DNA of 32,000 nucleotides, from contig JAFCEL010000001.1 of NCBI GenBank assembly GCA_017609205.1, forward strand, positions 60,001-92,000, written 5' to 3'. The DNA is from Candidatus Saccharimonadota bacterium (GTDB lineage Archaea > Nanobdellota > Nanobdellia > Pacearchaeales > GW2011-AR1). This document shows, piece by piece, positions 24,859 to 32,000 of this stretch; positions within the stretch are counted from its first letter, which is position 1, and every line of letters starts with the position of its first letter. The notes under the pieces are model-generated. The model saw nothing but the letters and a program-made list of their open reading frames with translations, had not been told where the DNA came from and did no database searches. A program made the translations under genes and the position numbers.

Positions 24859-25326
24859 ATGGGGGAAATGTTTGATGCATTAAAAGAAATAGTAACTGGA
24901 AAAGAAGTTAAAGAAGAACAAAAAACAAAAAAAGATATTGAAGGTTGGCTTGCCTTTTTTGTTTTTGGATTATATATATCCATACTAGTTATTTTATATT
25001 ATACTCTTATAATAGAATTATTGTTTTTCAAATTGTTATTTTTGATATATCTCTCTTGTTTAATTTATACCATAGTATTAATGCATAAAAGGAAAAAAAA
25101 TTTTAAAAAATTTGCAATCTTAACTTTGTGGTTTTGGGCGGGAATAATTGTAATTGAAACCGTATACTTTATATCTGTTTTAACTAAAGAACAATTTTTA
25201 GAGTGGGCAAAAATAATGTTTTATGATGGGGCCGGTTCATTATTCATTACTATAATCCTTGGAGTGTTATGGACAAATTATTTATTAAAATCTAAAAGGG
25301 TAAAAGATACTTTCACAAAAAATTAA
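24859..25326 (+). CDS. multi-TM hypothetical membrane protein
   Basis: 155-aa ORF with 4 hydrophobic helices. No family recognised. Confidence 0.5.
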   Translation: MGEMFDALKEIVTGKEVKEEQKTKKDIEGWLAFFVFGLYISILVILYYTLIIELLFFKLLFLIYLSCLIYTIVLMHKRKKNFKKFAILTLWFWAGIIVIETVYFISVLTKEQFLEWAKIMFYDGAGSLFITIILGVLWTNYLLKSKRVKDTFTKN

Positions 25327-25327
25327 A

Positions 25328-25669
25328 ATGGATTACAAAATTATTTTAGTTTATTTATTAATCGGAATTGTTCTAATATCCTGCTTTTTCATAGTAGTGT
25401 TATTAGGTGCATTAGTTCTAAAAATTTTCAAAAAAGACCCAAAGGATAGTTATGATTATCTCAAAAACATAACTTATGGTGCTTTCGGAGGGCTTATCGC
25501 AGCAATTTTTTTAGAAGCTCGCGGAGAAACTTCAACAAGTATATTTTACTGGATTCCAAAAATTCTTTCAACATTGATTTTAATTTTAATATTTGTATTA
25601 CTTGGATTTGCTTATTTGTTTTTACTGAAATTTGTCCATAAAAAAATAATCCTAAAAGATAAAAAGTAA
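25328..25669 (+). CDS. multi-TM hypothetical membrane protein
   Basis: 113-aa ORF starting 1 nt after the previous stop, with 3 hydrophobic helices. Confidence 0.5.
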   Translation: MDYKIILVYLLIGIVLISCFFIVVLLGALVLKIFKKDPKDSYDYLKNITYGAFGGLIAAIFLEARGETSTSIFYWIPKILSTLILILIFVLLGFAYLFLLKFVHKKIILKDKK

Positions 25670-25752
25670 TTCTCGGCGAAGCCGAACTATTTATCAGAAG
25701 GATTAGGAATCCCCTATTTTTCTATTTTATTTTTTAAAAAATCTCATTAAAA

Positions 25753-26304
25753 TCACAACCTACAAAACTCTTCAATCATCTCTTTATTTCTGACTTCTGG
25801 ATGAAAAAGTACGCCATAAATCTGTTTTGATTTGTGTCTCACTGCTTGAGGAATTTTTCCGTCGGCAAATGATGTAAAAATCTCAAAATCTTTTAATTGA
25901 CAAAAATCAATATAATAATTATGCAAATGATAAACTTGTTTTTTTCCTTTTAATCCTAAAAATTCTTTTTTGAAATTTTCTTCATAAAATCCTATTTCTT
26001 GTTTTTTCTTTAATTTTCCTTTAAAGAGCAATCCAATAATTTGCATTCCTCCACAAACTCCTAATAAAGGTTTATCAGAATTTTTTATCCATTCAAATTC
26101 TTTTAAATTCTCTACAAAATCATTATCTTTTAATGATGTTCCACAGATTATTATTTTATTTGCTTTTAATAAATCTCTTTTGTTAATTTTTTTATAATGT
26201 TTGGTAAAATATTCAATTCCATCTTTTTTTAAGATGTCTTCAATAGGTTTTACAAATTCATAATAATGCAATTTTTCTTTGCAGATGTTTATTATTAGTA
26301 TCAT
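25753..26304 (-). CDS. class I glutamine amidotransferase (GuaA-N-like, stand-alone)
   Basis: Nucleophile elbow LLGVCGGMQIIG and His-Glu pair in GVLFHPE. The ATG overlaps the stop of the upstream PP-loop gene (26301-26304). Confidence 0.8.
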   Translation of the reverse strand: MILIINICKEKLHYYEFVKPIEDILKKDGIEYFTKHYKKINKRDLLKANKIIICGTSLKDNDFVENLKEFEWIKNSDKPLLGVCGGMQIIGLLFKGKLKKKQEIGFYEENFKKEFLGLKGKKQVYHLHNYYIDFCQLKDFEIFTSFADGKIPQAVRHKSKQIYGVLFHPEVRNKEMIEEFCRL

Positions 26305-26969
26305 TTTATTTCAACTTCCATACTCCAAGAATTTCCTTTTCCTATTATCTTTTTATTTTTAATTTCTAATTTTTTATTGAATAAGGGACAATCAAGAACA
26401 AAAGTTTCAAATTCTCCTCCTTCTCCTGCTGGATGTATCAGGAACTTTTTATTTAATTCTTTAATATCTTCTACAAATCGTTTGTTGATTTTTCTTCCAA
26501 GCCATGATTCATCAAAAGGATAAGCAAAAACACCTGTGATTATTACCTTAAATTTATTTTTTATTAACTCATTAAGATATTCTAATTCATCTTTTTGCCA
26601 TAATGGATTAAAACACTCTAAACCAAGTTTATTGCAAATTTTTTGAATTCTCGTCGATTGATATACACTTTCTATGGCTCCACTAACCACACCTCTGATT
26701 CTGTATTTTTGCTTTGCTTTTTTTATTGCTTTTTCTAAATCTTTTAATTCTTCTTCTTTTTTTCCTTTTGTTTTTTGAATGATTAATGGAATCCCCATAG
26801 CATCTGCTTGTTTTTTTGTCTTTTTTATAGAAGGTGTATGAAACATATAACTCTCTTCATTTGCAGAGAATACAGAAATCAAACAAGATATTTCATAACG
26901 TTTTTGTTTTGCTAAATAAGTTGCATAACAGGAATCTTTTCCTCCTGAAAAGAGAACTGCGAGTTTCAT
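26301..26969 (-). CDS. Dph6/MJ0570-family PP-loop ATPase (diphthine-ammonia ligase-like)
   Basis: N-terminal LFSGGKDS PP-loop, SGAIESVYQSTRI and C-terminal AGEGGEFETFVLDCPLF, characteristic of the DUF71/Dph6 family. Confidence 0.8.
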   Translation of the reverse strand: MKLAVLFSGGKDSCYATYLAKQKRYEISCLISVFSANEESYMFHTPSIKKTKKQADAMGIPLIIQKTKGKKEEELKDLEKAIKKAKQKYRIRGVVSGAIESVYQSTRIQKICNKLGLECFNPLWQKDELEYLNELIKNKFKVIITGVFAYPFDESWLGRKINKRFVEDIKELNKKFLIHPAGEGGEFETFVLDCPLFNKKLEIKNKKIIGKGNSWSMEVEIK

Positions 26970-27011
26970 AGATAAAAAAACAAAAGAGGTTTTTAAGATA
27001 TTTGCTATTTT

Positions 27012-27590
27012 TTAAGCAACCCTCTCTAATTGGTTTCTGATTTGCTTAGACCATTCTATGAGTAATTTTTTCATAGAGGTTCTGTAAAGATAATTATATT
27101 CTGGTTTGGACATTCGTCTTTCTTCTATTTTGATTTGTAATTGAGCGACATGGTCATGTATAATTCCAGCAATATCCCAAAAGGGATCTGAATAGTCTGG
27201 ATCATGAAATCTTGCTGCTTTGCTAATCTTTCTATAAACTGAATCTAAACTTCTTGTTCCATCAACAGGACAAACTTCTGAATTTCTCTCATTACTATTG
27301 TAAATTCGGAGCTCAGTATCAGACATAGAATTTAATCTCTCTAGATTATTGAAAATTATTTTTCCTAATCGTATATTTCTCTCTGATTTTTGAACTGATT
27401 CAATCTGCTTGTCGAGATAATCTCTAATTCTTCCCATAACTGATAATAAAAAGAGTATTATTAAAAATATTGGTAATTTAGTATATAAGTAATCCAAAAA
27501 TTTAATATAACATATTGCGACTGCTGTTATACGCTCCTGACAGGGACGAAGATTGCAAAGCAATCCAAAAAGTTGGCGAAGGGACGCCAT
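27012..27590 (-). CDS. hypothetical protein (start uncertain)
   Basis: The first ~30 codons of the 192-aa track ORF lie in a GC-rich repeat island (27505-27592) and may not be coding. Alternatives: TTG 27497 gives an N-terminal TM anchor (LPIFLIILFLLSV), ATG 27437 gives MGRIRDYL... No family recognised. Confidence 0.5.
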   Translation of the reverse strand: MASLRQLFGLLCNLRPCQERITAVAICYIKFLDYLYTKLPIFLIILFLLSVMGRIRDYLDKQIESVQKSERNIRLGKIIFNNLERLNSMSDTELRIYNSNERNSEVCPVDGTRSLDSVYRKISKAARFHDPDYSDPFWDIAGIIHDHVAQLQIKIEERRMSKPEYNYLYRTSMKKLLIEWSKQIRNQLERVA

Positions 27591-27592
27591 GC

Positions 27593-27973
27593 TTATTTTC
27601 TTTTACGTTTGGAATACCAGTTGATAAAAATTATCCAATACATGAACAGCAATGCGACAATACTAATCCAGTATGGTTTTTCAAAAACTGGTTTTGGTAG
27701 TGTATTGAGATATGCTATTACACTTATTGTTACTATTACTGAGAGCATAGCAACAACAATTTTTCGCAGTTTGTCTTTTTCCATTTTTGTTACCTCATTT
27801 GTTTTACTTTGATATAATTTGTATGCAGCCAATACGGCAAGGAAAACAATAGCCAATCCTGCAGAAATTTTTGGGTCAAGCATTGCTGAAAGCAACACGA
27901 AGAAAACTGCTAAGATGGCAATTATACCTTCTGTTTTATTACTCATACTCATTTTATATTTATAATCTTTCAT
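27593..27973 (-). CDS. four-TM hypothetical membrane protein
   Basis: 126-aa ORF overlapping the upstream methyltransferase gene by 14 nt. Basic C-terminus SKRKRK. Confidence 0.55.
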   Translation of the reverse strand: MKDYKYKMSMSNKTEGIIAILAVFFVLLSAMLDPKISAGLAIVFLAVLAAYKLYQSKTNEVTKMEKDKLRKIVVAMLSVIVTISVIAYLNTLPKPVFEKPYWISIVALLFMYWIIFINWYSKRKRK

Positions 27974-28547
27974 TTTTCACTGCATAAATTGTCAAATGTT
28001 GTTCTGGTAAAAAATTGAATTCCTTTTCCAACAAATAACCTGCCTCTCCCATTTCTTGAATGATAGTTTCCTTAGGAATATAGTGTCCAAATAATCCACG
28101 GAAAGTGAAAATTTTACCTTTTTTATACTCAATGATAGCAATTCTCCCATCAGGTTTTAAAAATCGTTTTAGTTTCTTAAAATACTCTACTCGATTTGGT
28201 ATGTGATGGGTGACATTACGCATGAATATCAAATCTAAGCTTTTTTCAGGTAAATCTAATTTATCTCGTGATACAAGCGTTGGTATAACATTATTCAATC
28301 CTTTTTCTTTGGCATTGTTTTTAAGATACTCTAAAAATTCTGGCTTTGTATCAATAGCATAAACTCTTCCTCCTTCCCCCACCATTTCGGCAAATCGCAG
28401 TGAAAAATAACCCCCTCCTGAACCAATATCTGCAATACTTTGACTAGGTTTTAATGCAATAGCTTCTATAATCTGGTCTGGCTTGTTTTTAGGGTCAGAA
28501 GCTTTTTTATTGAATATCTTAGCTTGAAAGTTTGCCATTTTCCTCAT
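27960..28547 (-). CDS. class I SAM-dependent methyltransferase
   Basis: Motif I IADIGSGGGYFSLRFA, followed by VYAIDT and DLIFMRNVTHH. Confidence 0.8.
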   Translation of the reverse strand: MRKMANFQAKIFNKKASDPKNKPDQIIEAIALKPSQSIADIGSGGGYFSLRFAEMVGEGGRVYAIDTKPEFLEYLKNNAKEKGLNNVIPTLVSRDKLDLPEKSLDLIFMRNVTHHIPNRVEYFKKLKRFLKPDGRIAIIEYKKGKIFTFRGLFGHYIPKETIIQEMGEAGYLLEKEFNFLPEQHLTIYAVKNERL

Positions 28548-28991
28548 TTCATAAATTAATTATTGTTTCTTTTAATATTTTTTTGTTTCAGGCATCCCGA
28601 AGCCGATTGCATAACATCGGGCTTAAAAGACCTGAGCATTGCGAAGGCTCGAAGTGATAAATTTTTTCCTCGAATTTGACCTTTGGAATGTAGCAAAGCG
28701 AAATGACGAGCGGAAAATTCAGAGCTGAAAAAATTTTGAACATTCGAGAGTTTTTCCGTAGGGAAAATTTGGGAAAACTCTGACTTTTCCAAAAGATAAC
28801 AAAGGAGTTTTCTTGTTAAAAGCTGTTCGCCGACCGACAAAGTCGGCACGAACTGACGCTACAGCGTCCTCGTGAATCACCGATGAGTGGATGGTGGGTT
28901 GTTTGTCTAAAACCCAATGTATTTGAGAAATCGCCTTTTTTGCTTCTTTTTTTAAAAAGAAGATGGGGTTCCACTTTTTTGATTTTTCAAA
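28548..28991. repeat. GC-rich intergenic repeat island, copy B
   Basis: Shares ordered blocks with copy D: gagcggaa, tcgagagtt, aatttgggaaaa, gctgtt, ggcacgaRctg-hairpin-cctcgtga, ggatggt and the T-rich end ttttttgcttc..taaaaagaagatgggg. Contains hairpins at 28752-28767, 28829-28847 and 28847-28874. Confidence 0.75.
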
Positions 28992-29239
28992 TTAATCCTT
29001 TCTTAGATATTCTAAACCTTTTTCAGTTATTTTTATCTGGAAATATGGTTTGCCACTTTTAGGATGTTTTTCTTTACTTTCTATTTTAAGAAAACCATAA
29101 GATTCTAATTCTTTACAATTAGACCTTATAGTATTAAAACCAGTATTAACTTTTCTCTCAAGTTGAGCCAATGTCATAGGCGAAGATTTTATTAAACCTA
29201 AAATCTTCTTTTTATATCAAATGAGCTACGCTTGGACAT
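28992..29239 (-). pseudogene. winged-helix DNA-binding protein, frameshifted at an A5 run
   Basis: The track ORF 28992-29177 starts inside helix 1. In-frame upstream codons give YKKKILGLIKSSP, preceded by TGA. A second frame starts at ATG 29239 (MSKRSSFDIKRRF*). One extra A in the run (T5 on plus strand, 29209-29213) fuses them into an 82-aa wHTH. Confidence 0.6.
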
Positions 29240-29297
29240 ACTACAATAAAAGAGTAAGTCTTAAATATCCCAACTCATAATATTATAGTAAGCTAAA

Positions 29298-30434
29298 ATG
29301 TCTCAAAAAGAAAATAAAAAATCAAGAAAGAAATTATGGTTGTGGATACTATCAATTATATTTATTGTTGGAGGAATGAGCACTTTATCAGATTCTTTTT
29401 TTGCAGGAGTCTTTGCATTTGTGGCGGGTGCAATAATTTGTCCTCCAATTATTAATATTATTAAAGAAAAATCAGAGGGTAAAGCAAAAACTTGGATATT
29501 TGTAACTGCTTTTATTGTCTTAGTGTCTTTTAGTGGAATGGCTCTTCCAAATTCAGAGAATTTTCAAAAGGATATATCCTTGCCCTCAACAATAAACATT
29601 ATCTCGGATGTTAACCTAACAATACCTGAAAATACAAAAGAAGCAATCTCTAAAACAGAAGTTTATAGATACTGGAGTAATAATATAAATGATGGACAAA
29701 AAAAATTAACTCTTCTTCATTATAATAAAGAAAGATATGGAAAATTTCTGGAATATTTAGACTCACAAAATCTTAAAGAAGATTTTAAAAGATTGTGTGG
29801 TAACGAATTAGTGCCTAAAGACATGCTTGTTTCTAATGAAAGGGGTCTCTTTCTCCATATTGGATTAGATGATGGATTTGCTGTATGTGACTTTGTTTCT
29901 GAAGAAATAACTTCTGAATTTGAAAATCAAGAAAATACAACTCAAAAACAAGCCCAACAAAAATGTATCCCTAATTGGAAATGCGGAAAATGGACAATCT
30001 GTTCTAACGAAGTTCAAACAAGAATATGCACAGATAAGAATGATTGTGGAACCATTGAAGAAAAACCTATTGAAACCCAAAATTGTAAAGATTATGATTT
30101 AGAGATGAGTATAGACGAACTATTAAATGAGTTTAGCGGATTAACAAAACTTCAGCAAGAAGAAAAAATTAAAGAATTAAAAGGTAAAAGAATAAAAACA
30201 TCAACAACGGCTTATAAAATAGACAAAGCCTCACTTTCTACACAATATGTAGTTATGGATGATGATTATCTCTATCCATCTGTAAAAGCTTTCTTTCCTG
30301 CTGAAGAAAAAGATAAACTTCTAAAAGTAAATATTGGGGATAAGATAACATTCATCGGCGAGTTTGTTACATATAAACAAGGAACATATGTGCCTAGTTA
30401 TGTTGAATTTACAAAGTCAAAATTGGTAGGTTAG
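29298..30434 (+). CDS. membrane-anchored hypothetical protein with a thrombospondin-type-1-like Cys/Trp motif
   Basis: N-terminal TM helices (LWLWILSIIFIVGG, FAGVFAFVAGAIICPPII, WIFVTAFIVLVSF). Motif CIPNWKCGKWTICSNEVQTRICTDKNDCG. Confidence 0.6.
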   Translation: MSQKENKKSRKKLWLWILSIIFIVGGMSTLSDSFFAGVFAFVAGAIICPPIINIIKEKSEGKAKTWIFVTAFIVLVSFSGMALPNSENFQKDISLPSTINIISDVNLTIPENTKEAISKTEVYRYWSNNINDGQKKLTLLHYNKERYGKFLEYLDSQNLKEDFKRLCGNELVPKDMLVSNERGLFLHIGLDDGFAVCDFVSEEITSEFENQENTTQKQAQQKCIPNWKCGKWTICSNEVQTRICTDKNDCGTIEEKPIETQNCKDYDLEMSIDELLNEFSGLTKLQQEEKIKELKGKRIKTSTTAYKIDKASLSTQYVVMDDDYLYPSVKAFFPAEEKDKLLKVNIGDKITFIGEFVTYKQGTYVPSYVEFTKSKLVG

Positions 30435-30441
30435 ATATTAA

Positions 30442-30795
30442 ATGAAATTTGGTATTTCTGAAGAAGATGAGTTAAATATCCTAAAGGATTGGAGAGATAA
30501 TTATTCTTATTCAAAAGTCCCTAAAAATCTTCAGAAAAAAGTTAAAGACCAACAGGCAGTAAATTTGTTAATGGAATTTACCAAAGATTCAGAGATTGAT
30601 TATCAAAGAATTAGTAATAGGATAAAAGAACTTGAAGATAAAATTCAAAAAGAAAATCAAAAAGAAAAAGAGCAGAGTTTTTGGTATATTCTCAAAAAAG
30701 AATTTAAAGAAAAAGCTGCAAAGGCGATTGTTTGGGTTGTTATGAGTATTATTGGATTTATTCTAGGATTTTTAGTTAGTTATTTCTTGAAATAA
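30442..30795 (+). CDS. tail-anchored coiled-coil hypothetical protein
   Basis: 117-aa ORF 7 nt after the previous gene. K/E-rich helix and C-terminal TM (AIVWVVMSIIGFILGFLVSYFL). Confidence 0.5.
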   Translation: MKFGISEEDELNILKDWRDNYSYSKVPKNLQKKVKDQQAVNLLMEFTKDSEIDYQRISNRIKELEDKIQKENQKEKEQSFWYILKKEFKEKAAKAIVWVVMSIIGFILGFLVSYFLK

Positions 30796-31140
30796 TGGAA
30801 CCCCCAAAAAGTAATATCCGAAAAATTTGCGTGAGCTTTGTGAACCTCTTAACCTTTATTATACGAAATTTTAATTTCGTGAGTTTCTCCTAGGTCGGTT
30901 AAGAGAAGTAAATCCGAAGGATTTATTTCCCGAACTTTTCCTCGTGAGTGAAGAATGAACGAACAGGGCTGAAAAGTGAGGGCGTAGCGAACTGCAAGTG
31001 AGCAGAGTTTTAATCGCTGTTAGTAGAGTTTTTTCGCAGAAAAAACCGAGCCAGAATGCAATGTCCCGAAGGGCTGGCGAAGAGTAAAAATCAATTTTCA
31101 GGGAGGAATTTATTATCTTGCGTTCGCGATAAATTAATAA
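30796..31140. repeat. GC-rich intergenic repeat island, copy C (rearranged)
   Basis: Starts with ggaaccccc (30797-30805), the reverse complement of the gggggttcc end motif of copy A. Contains cctcgtgag and gctgtt blocks in the opposite order to B/D. Many G(N)A-loop mini-hairpins. Confidence 0.65.
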
Positions 31141-31162
31141 GTAAGATTTTCATATTAAAATT

Positions 31163-31615
31163 ATGCAATTAAGAAAAGCAACAGAACAGGACAAAAAAGA
31201 GGCAATAAAAATTGCACAAGATTTGAAAGAATGGTTTAATAAAGAAGGAATTAGAAATATGAAAACCGACTTCAAATTTAACAATTTGGTCGTGATGAGA
31301 AATAAAGGCAAAGTTTCTGGATTTTTATGCTACACAACTAATTGCGGAAAAATGCAACTTATATGGATGGGTGTTGAAAAAGATATGCAACAAAAAGGAA
31401 TTGGAAAAAAACTTCTGAGATGGCTAGAAAAAGAAGCTAAAAAATATAAGTTGCATTCAATTGAAGTTGAAACTTTGCCTGATGAAGATGATTACGAACC
31501 ATACAAAAAAACTCGAGCTTTTTATTATAAAAATGGTTTCAAAAGAATATTATATAAAAAAGCGAGAGTTAAAGGGTGGGATGACCAAATTGTTCTGGAG
31601 AAAAGAATAAAGTAA
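31163..31615 (+). CDS. GNAT-family N-acetyltransferase
   Basis: Acetyl-CoA motif A: VEKDMQQKGIGKKLLRWLEKEAKK. C-terminal YYKNGF. 150 aa. Confidence 0.85.
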   Translation: MQLRKATEQDKKEAIKIAQDLKEWFNKEGIRNMKTDFKFNNLVVMRNKGKVSGFLCYTTNCGKMQLIWMGVEKDMQQKGIGKKLLRWLEKEAKKYKLHSIEVETLPDEDDYEPYKKTRAFYYKNGFKRILYKKARVKGWDDQIVLEKRIK

Positions 31616-32000
31616 GCGAGCTTTATCTTGGGTGGGCAAGAAAATTGATTTTTATTTCTACTAACATATGCGATTAAGCGACCCGTAGGGCTCGAGCGGA
31701 ACGGAGTGACCTCGAGAGTTCAAAATCTTTGATTTTGAATTTGGGAAAATTATGGCTTTTAAGAAAAAAGTGAGCGAATGCTAAAATAATTTTCCGCTTA
31801 ATCTGCTGTTGCTTGACCGAACGAAGTGAGGCACGAGCTGGGCTAAAAAAAGCCCCTCGTGAGTTTTAATTTTTCTTTTCAGGTTGGGGGAGGAGGATGG
31901 TTTCTCCGACGACAAAAAAATTAGAGAGATTGCCCGCTCGTTTTTTGCTTCTTCTTTTCTAAAAAAGAAATTTGGGCACTTTATCTTTGTTTTAGATACT
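31616..32000. repeat. GC-rich intergenic repeat island, copy D (runs to window edge)
   Basis: See copy B. Hairpin CACGAG-ct-GGGCT-a6-AGCCC-CTCGTG at 31832-31861. End motif ttttttgcttcttcttttctaaaaaagaaatttgggcac at 31941-31979. Confidence 0.75.

Noticed and set aside
28556-28849. 97-aa minus-strand ORF in the track
   Set aside because: It lies entirely inside GC-rich repeat island B. The sequence is repeat-derived and low-information, and it has no start context. The ORF is most likely an artefact of the locally higher GC content.
31880-31925. Fluoride (crcB-motif) riboswitch-like GGAG-GAUGGUUU-CUCC stem-loop
   Set aside because: Only the first hairpin resembles the motif. The conserved downstream GAUGAUGCCUA-type segment is absent, no crcB or ion-channel gene follows, and the GGATGGT segment is simply shared with repeat copy B.
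24754-32000. Integron-like cassette array with the GC-rich islands as attC sites
   Set aside because: No paired RYYYAAC / GTTRRRY core sites were found at island ends. Cassette orientations are mixed, island lengths (~80-440 bp) are irregular, and no integrase is in the window. Kept only as a generic repeat-family finding.

Overview
Visibly AT-rich, gene-dense fragment that reads as a small-genome, DPANN-like archaeon (inference). All calls come from motif recognition by eye, with no database search.

Evidence for an archaeal origin:
- Four tRNA genes: Tyr (C1-G72, ~76-nt bulge-helix-bulge-type intron), Asp, Trp, and His with an encoded G-1.
- Archaeal-type GluRS and HisRS, and a Dph6-family diphthamide enzyme.
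- Two class-III-signal (archaeal pilin-like) proteins.
- A/T-box promoters about 25 nt ahead of starts.

Core content:
- Surface-protein genes: an M10-like metalloprotease, an FGE-sulfatase-domain protein and a ~1,100-aa sequon-rich giant surface protein.
- A minus-strand block nrdR-nrdD-nrdG-malic enzyme-thioredoxin.
- A TtuA/NcsA-like tRNA thiolation enzyme.
- An ArsR-headed minimal Fe-S operon (NifS/IscS, DUF1858, IscU, DUF4396, membrane wHTH).

From ~24.7 kb the window becomes accessory. Small membrane or hypothetical genes, a SAM methyltransferase, a wHTH and a GNAT are separated by unusual GC-rich intergenic islands.

Most notable observations:
1. The class III RNR is split. An in-frame TAG, then GGAGGT and ATG, opens an untracked 51-aa ORF that carries the glycyl-radical motif.
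2. A family of GC-rich, hairpin-dense intergenic repeats shows compensatory stem changes between copies.
3. A Dph6-like PP-loop enzyme is translationally coupled to a class I glutamine amidotransferase.
4. A GluRS lacking its anticodon-binding domain lies 10 bp from tRNA-Asp.
5. A Gly-Tyr-repeat surface gene has a TGA exactly where the repeat predicts Gly.
6. A wHTH gene is broken at an A5 run.
7. A bacterial-type NrdR with NrdR boxes sits in an archaeal context.

No CRISPR array, rRNA or recognisable transposase or integrase was seen.
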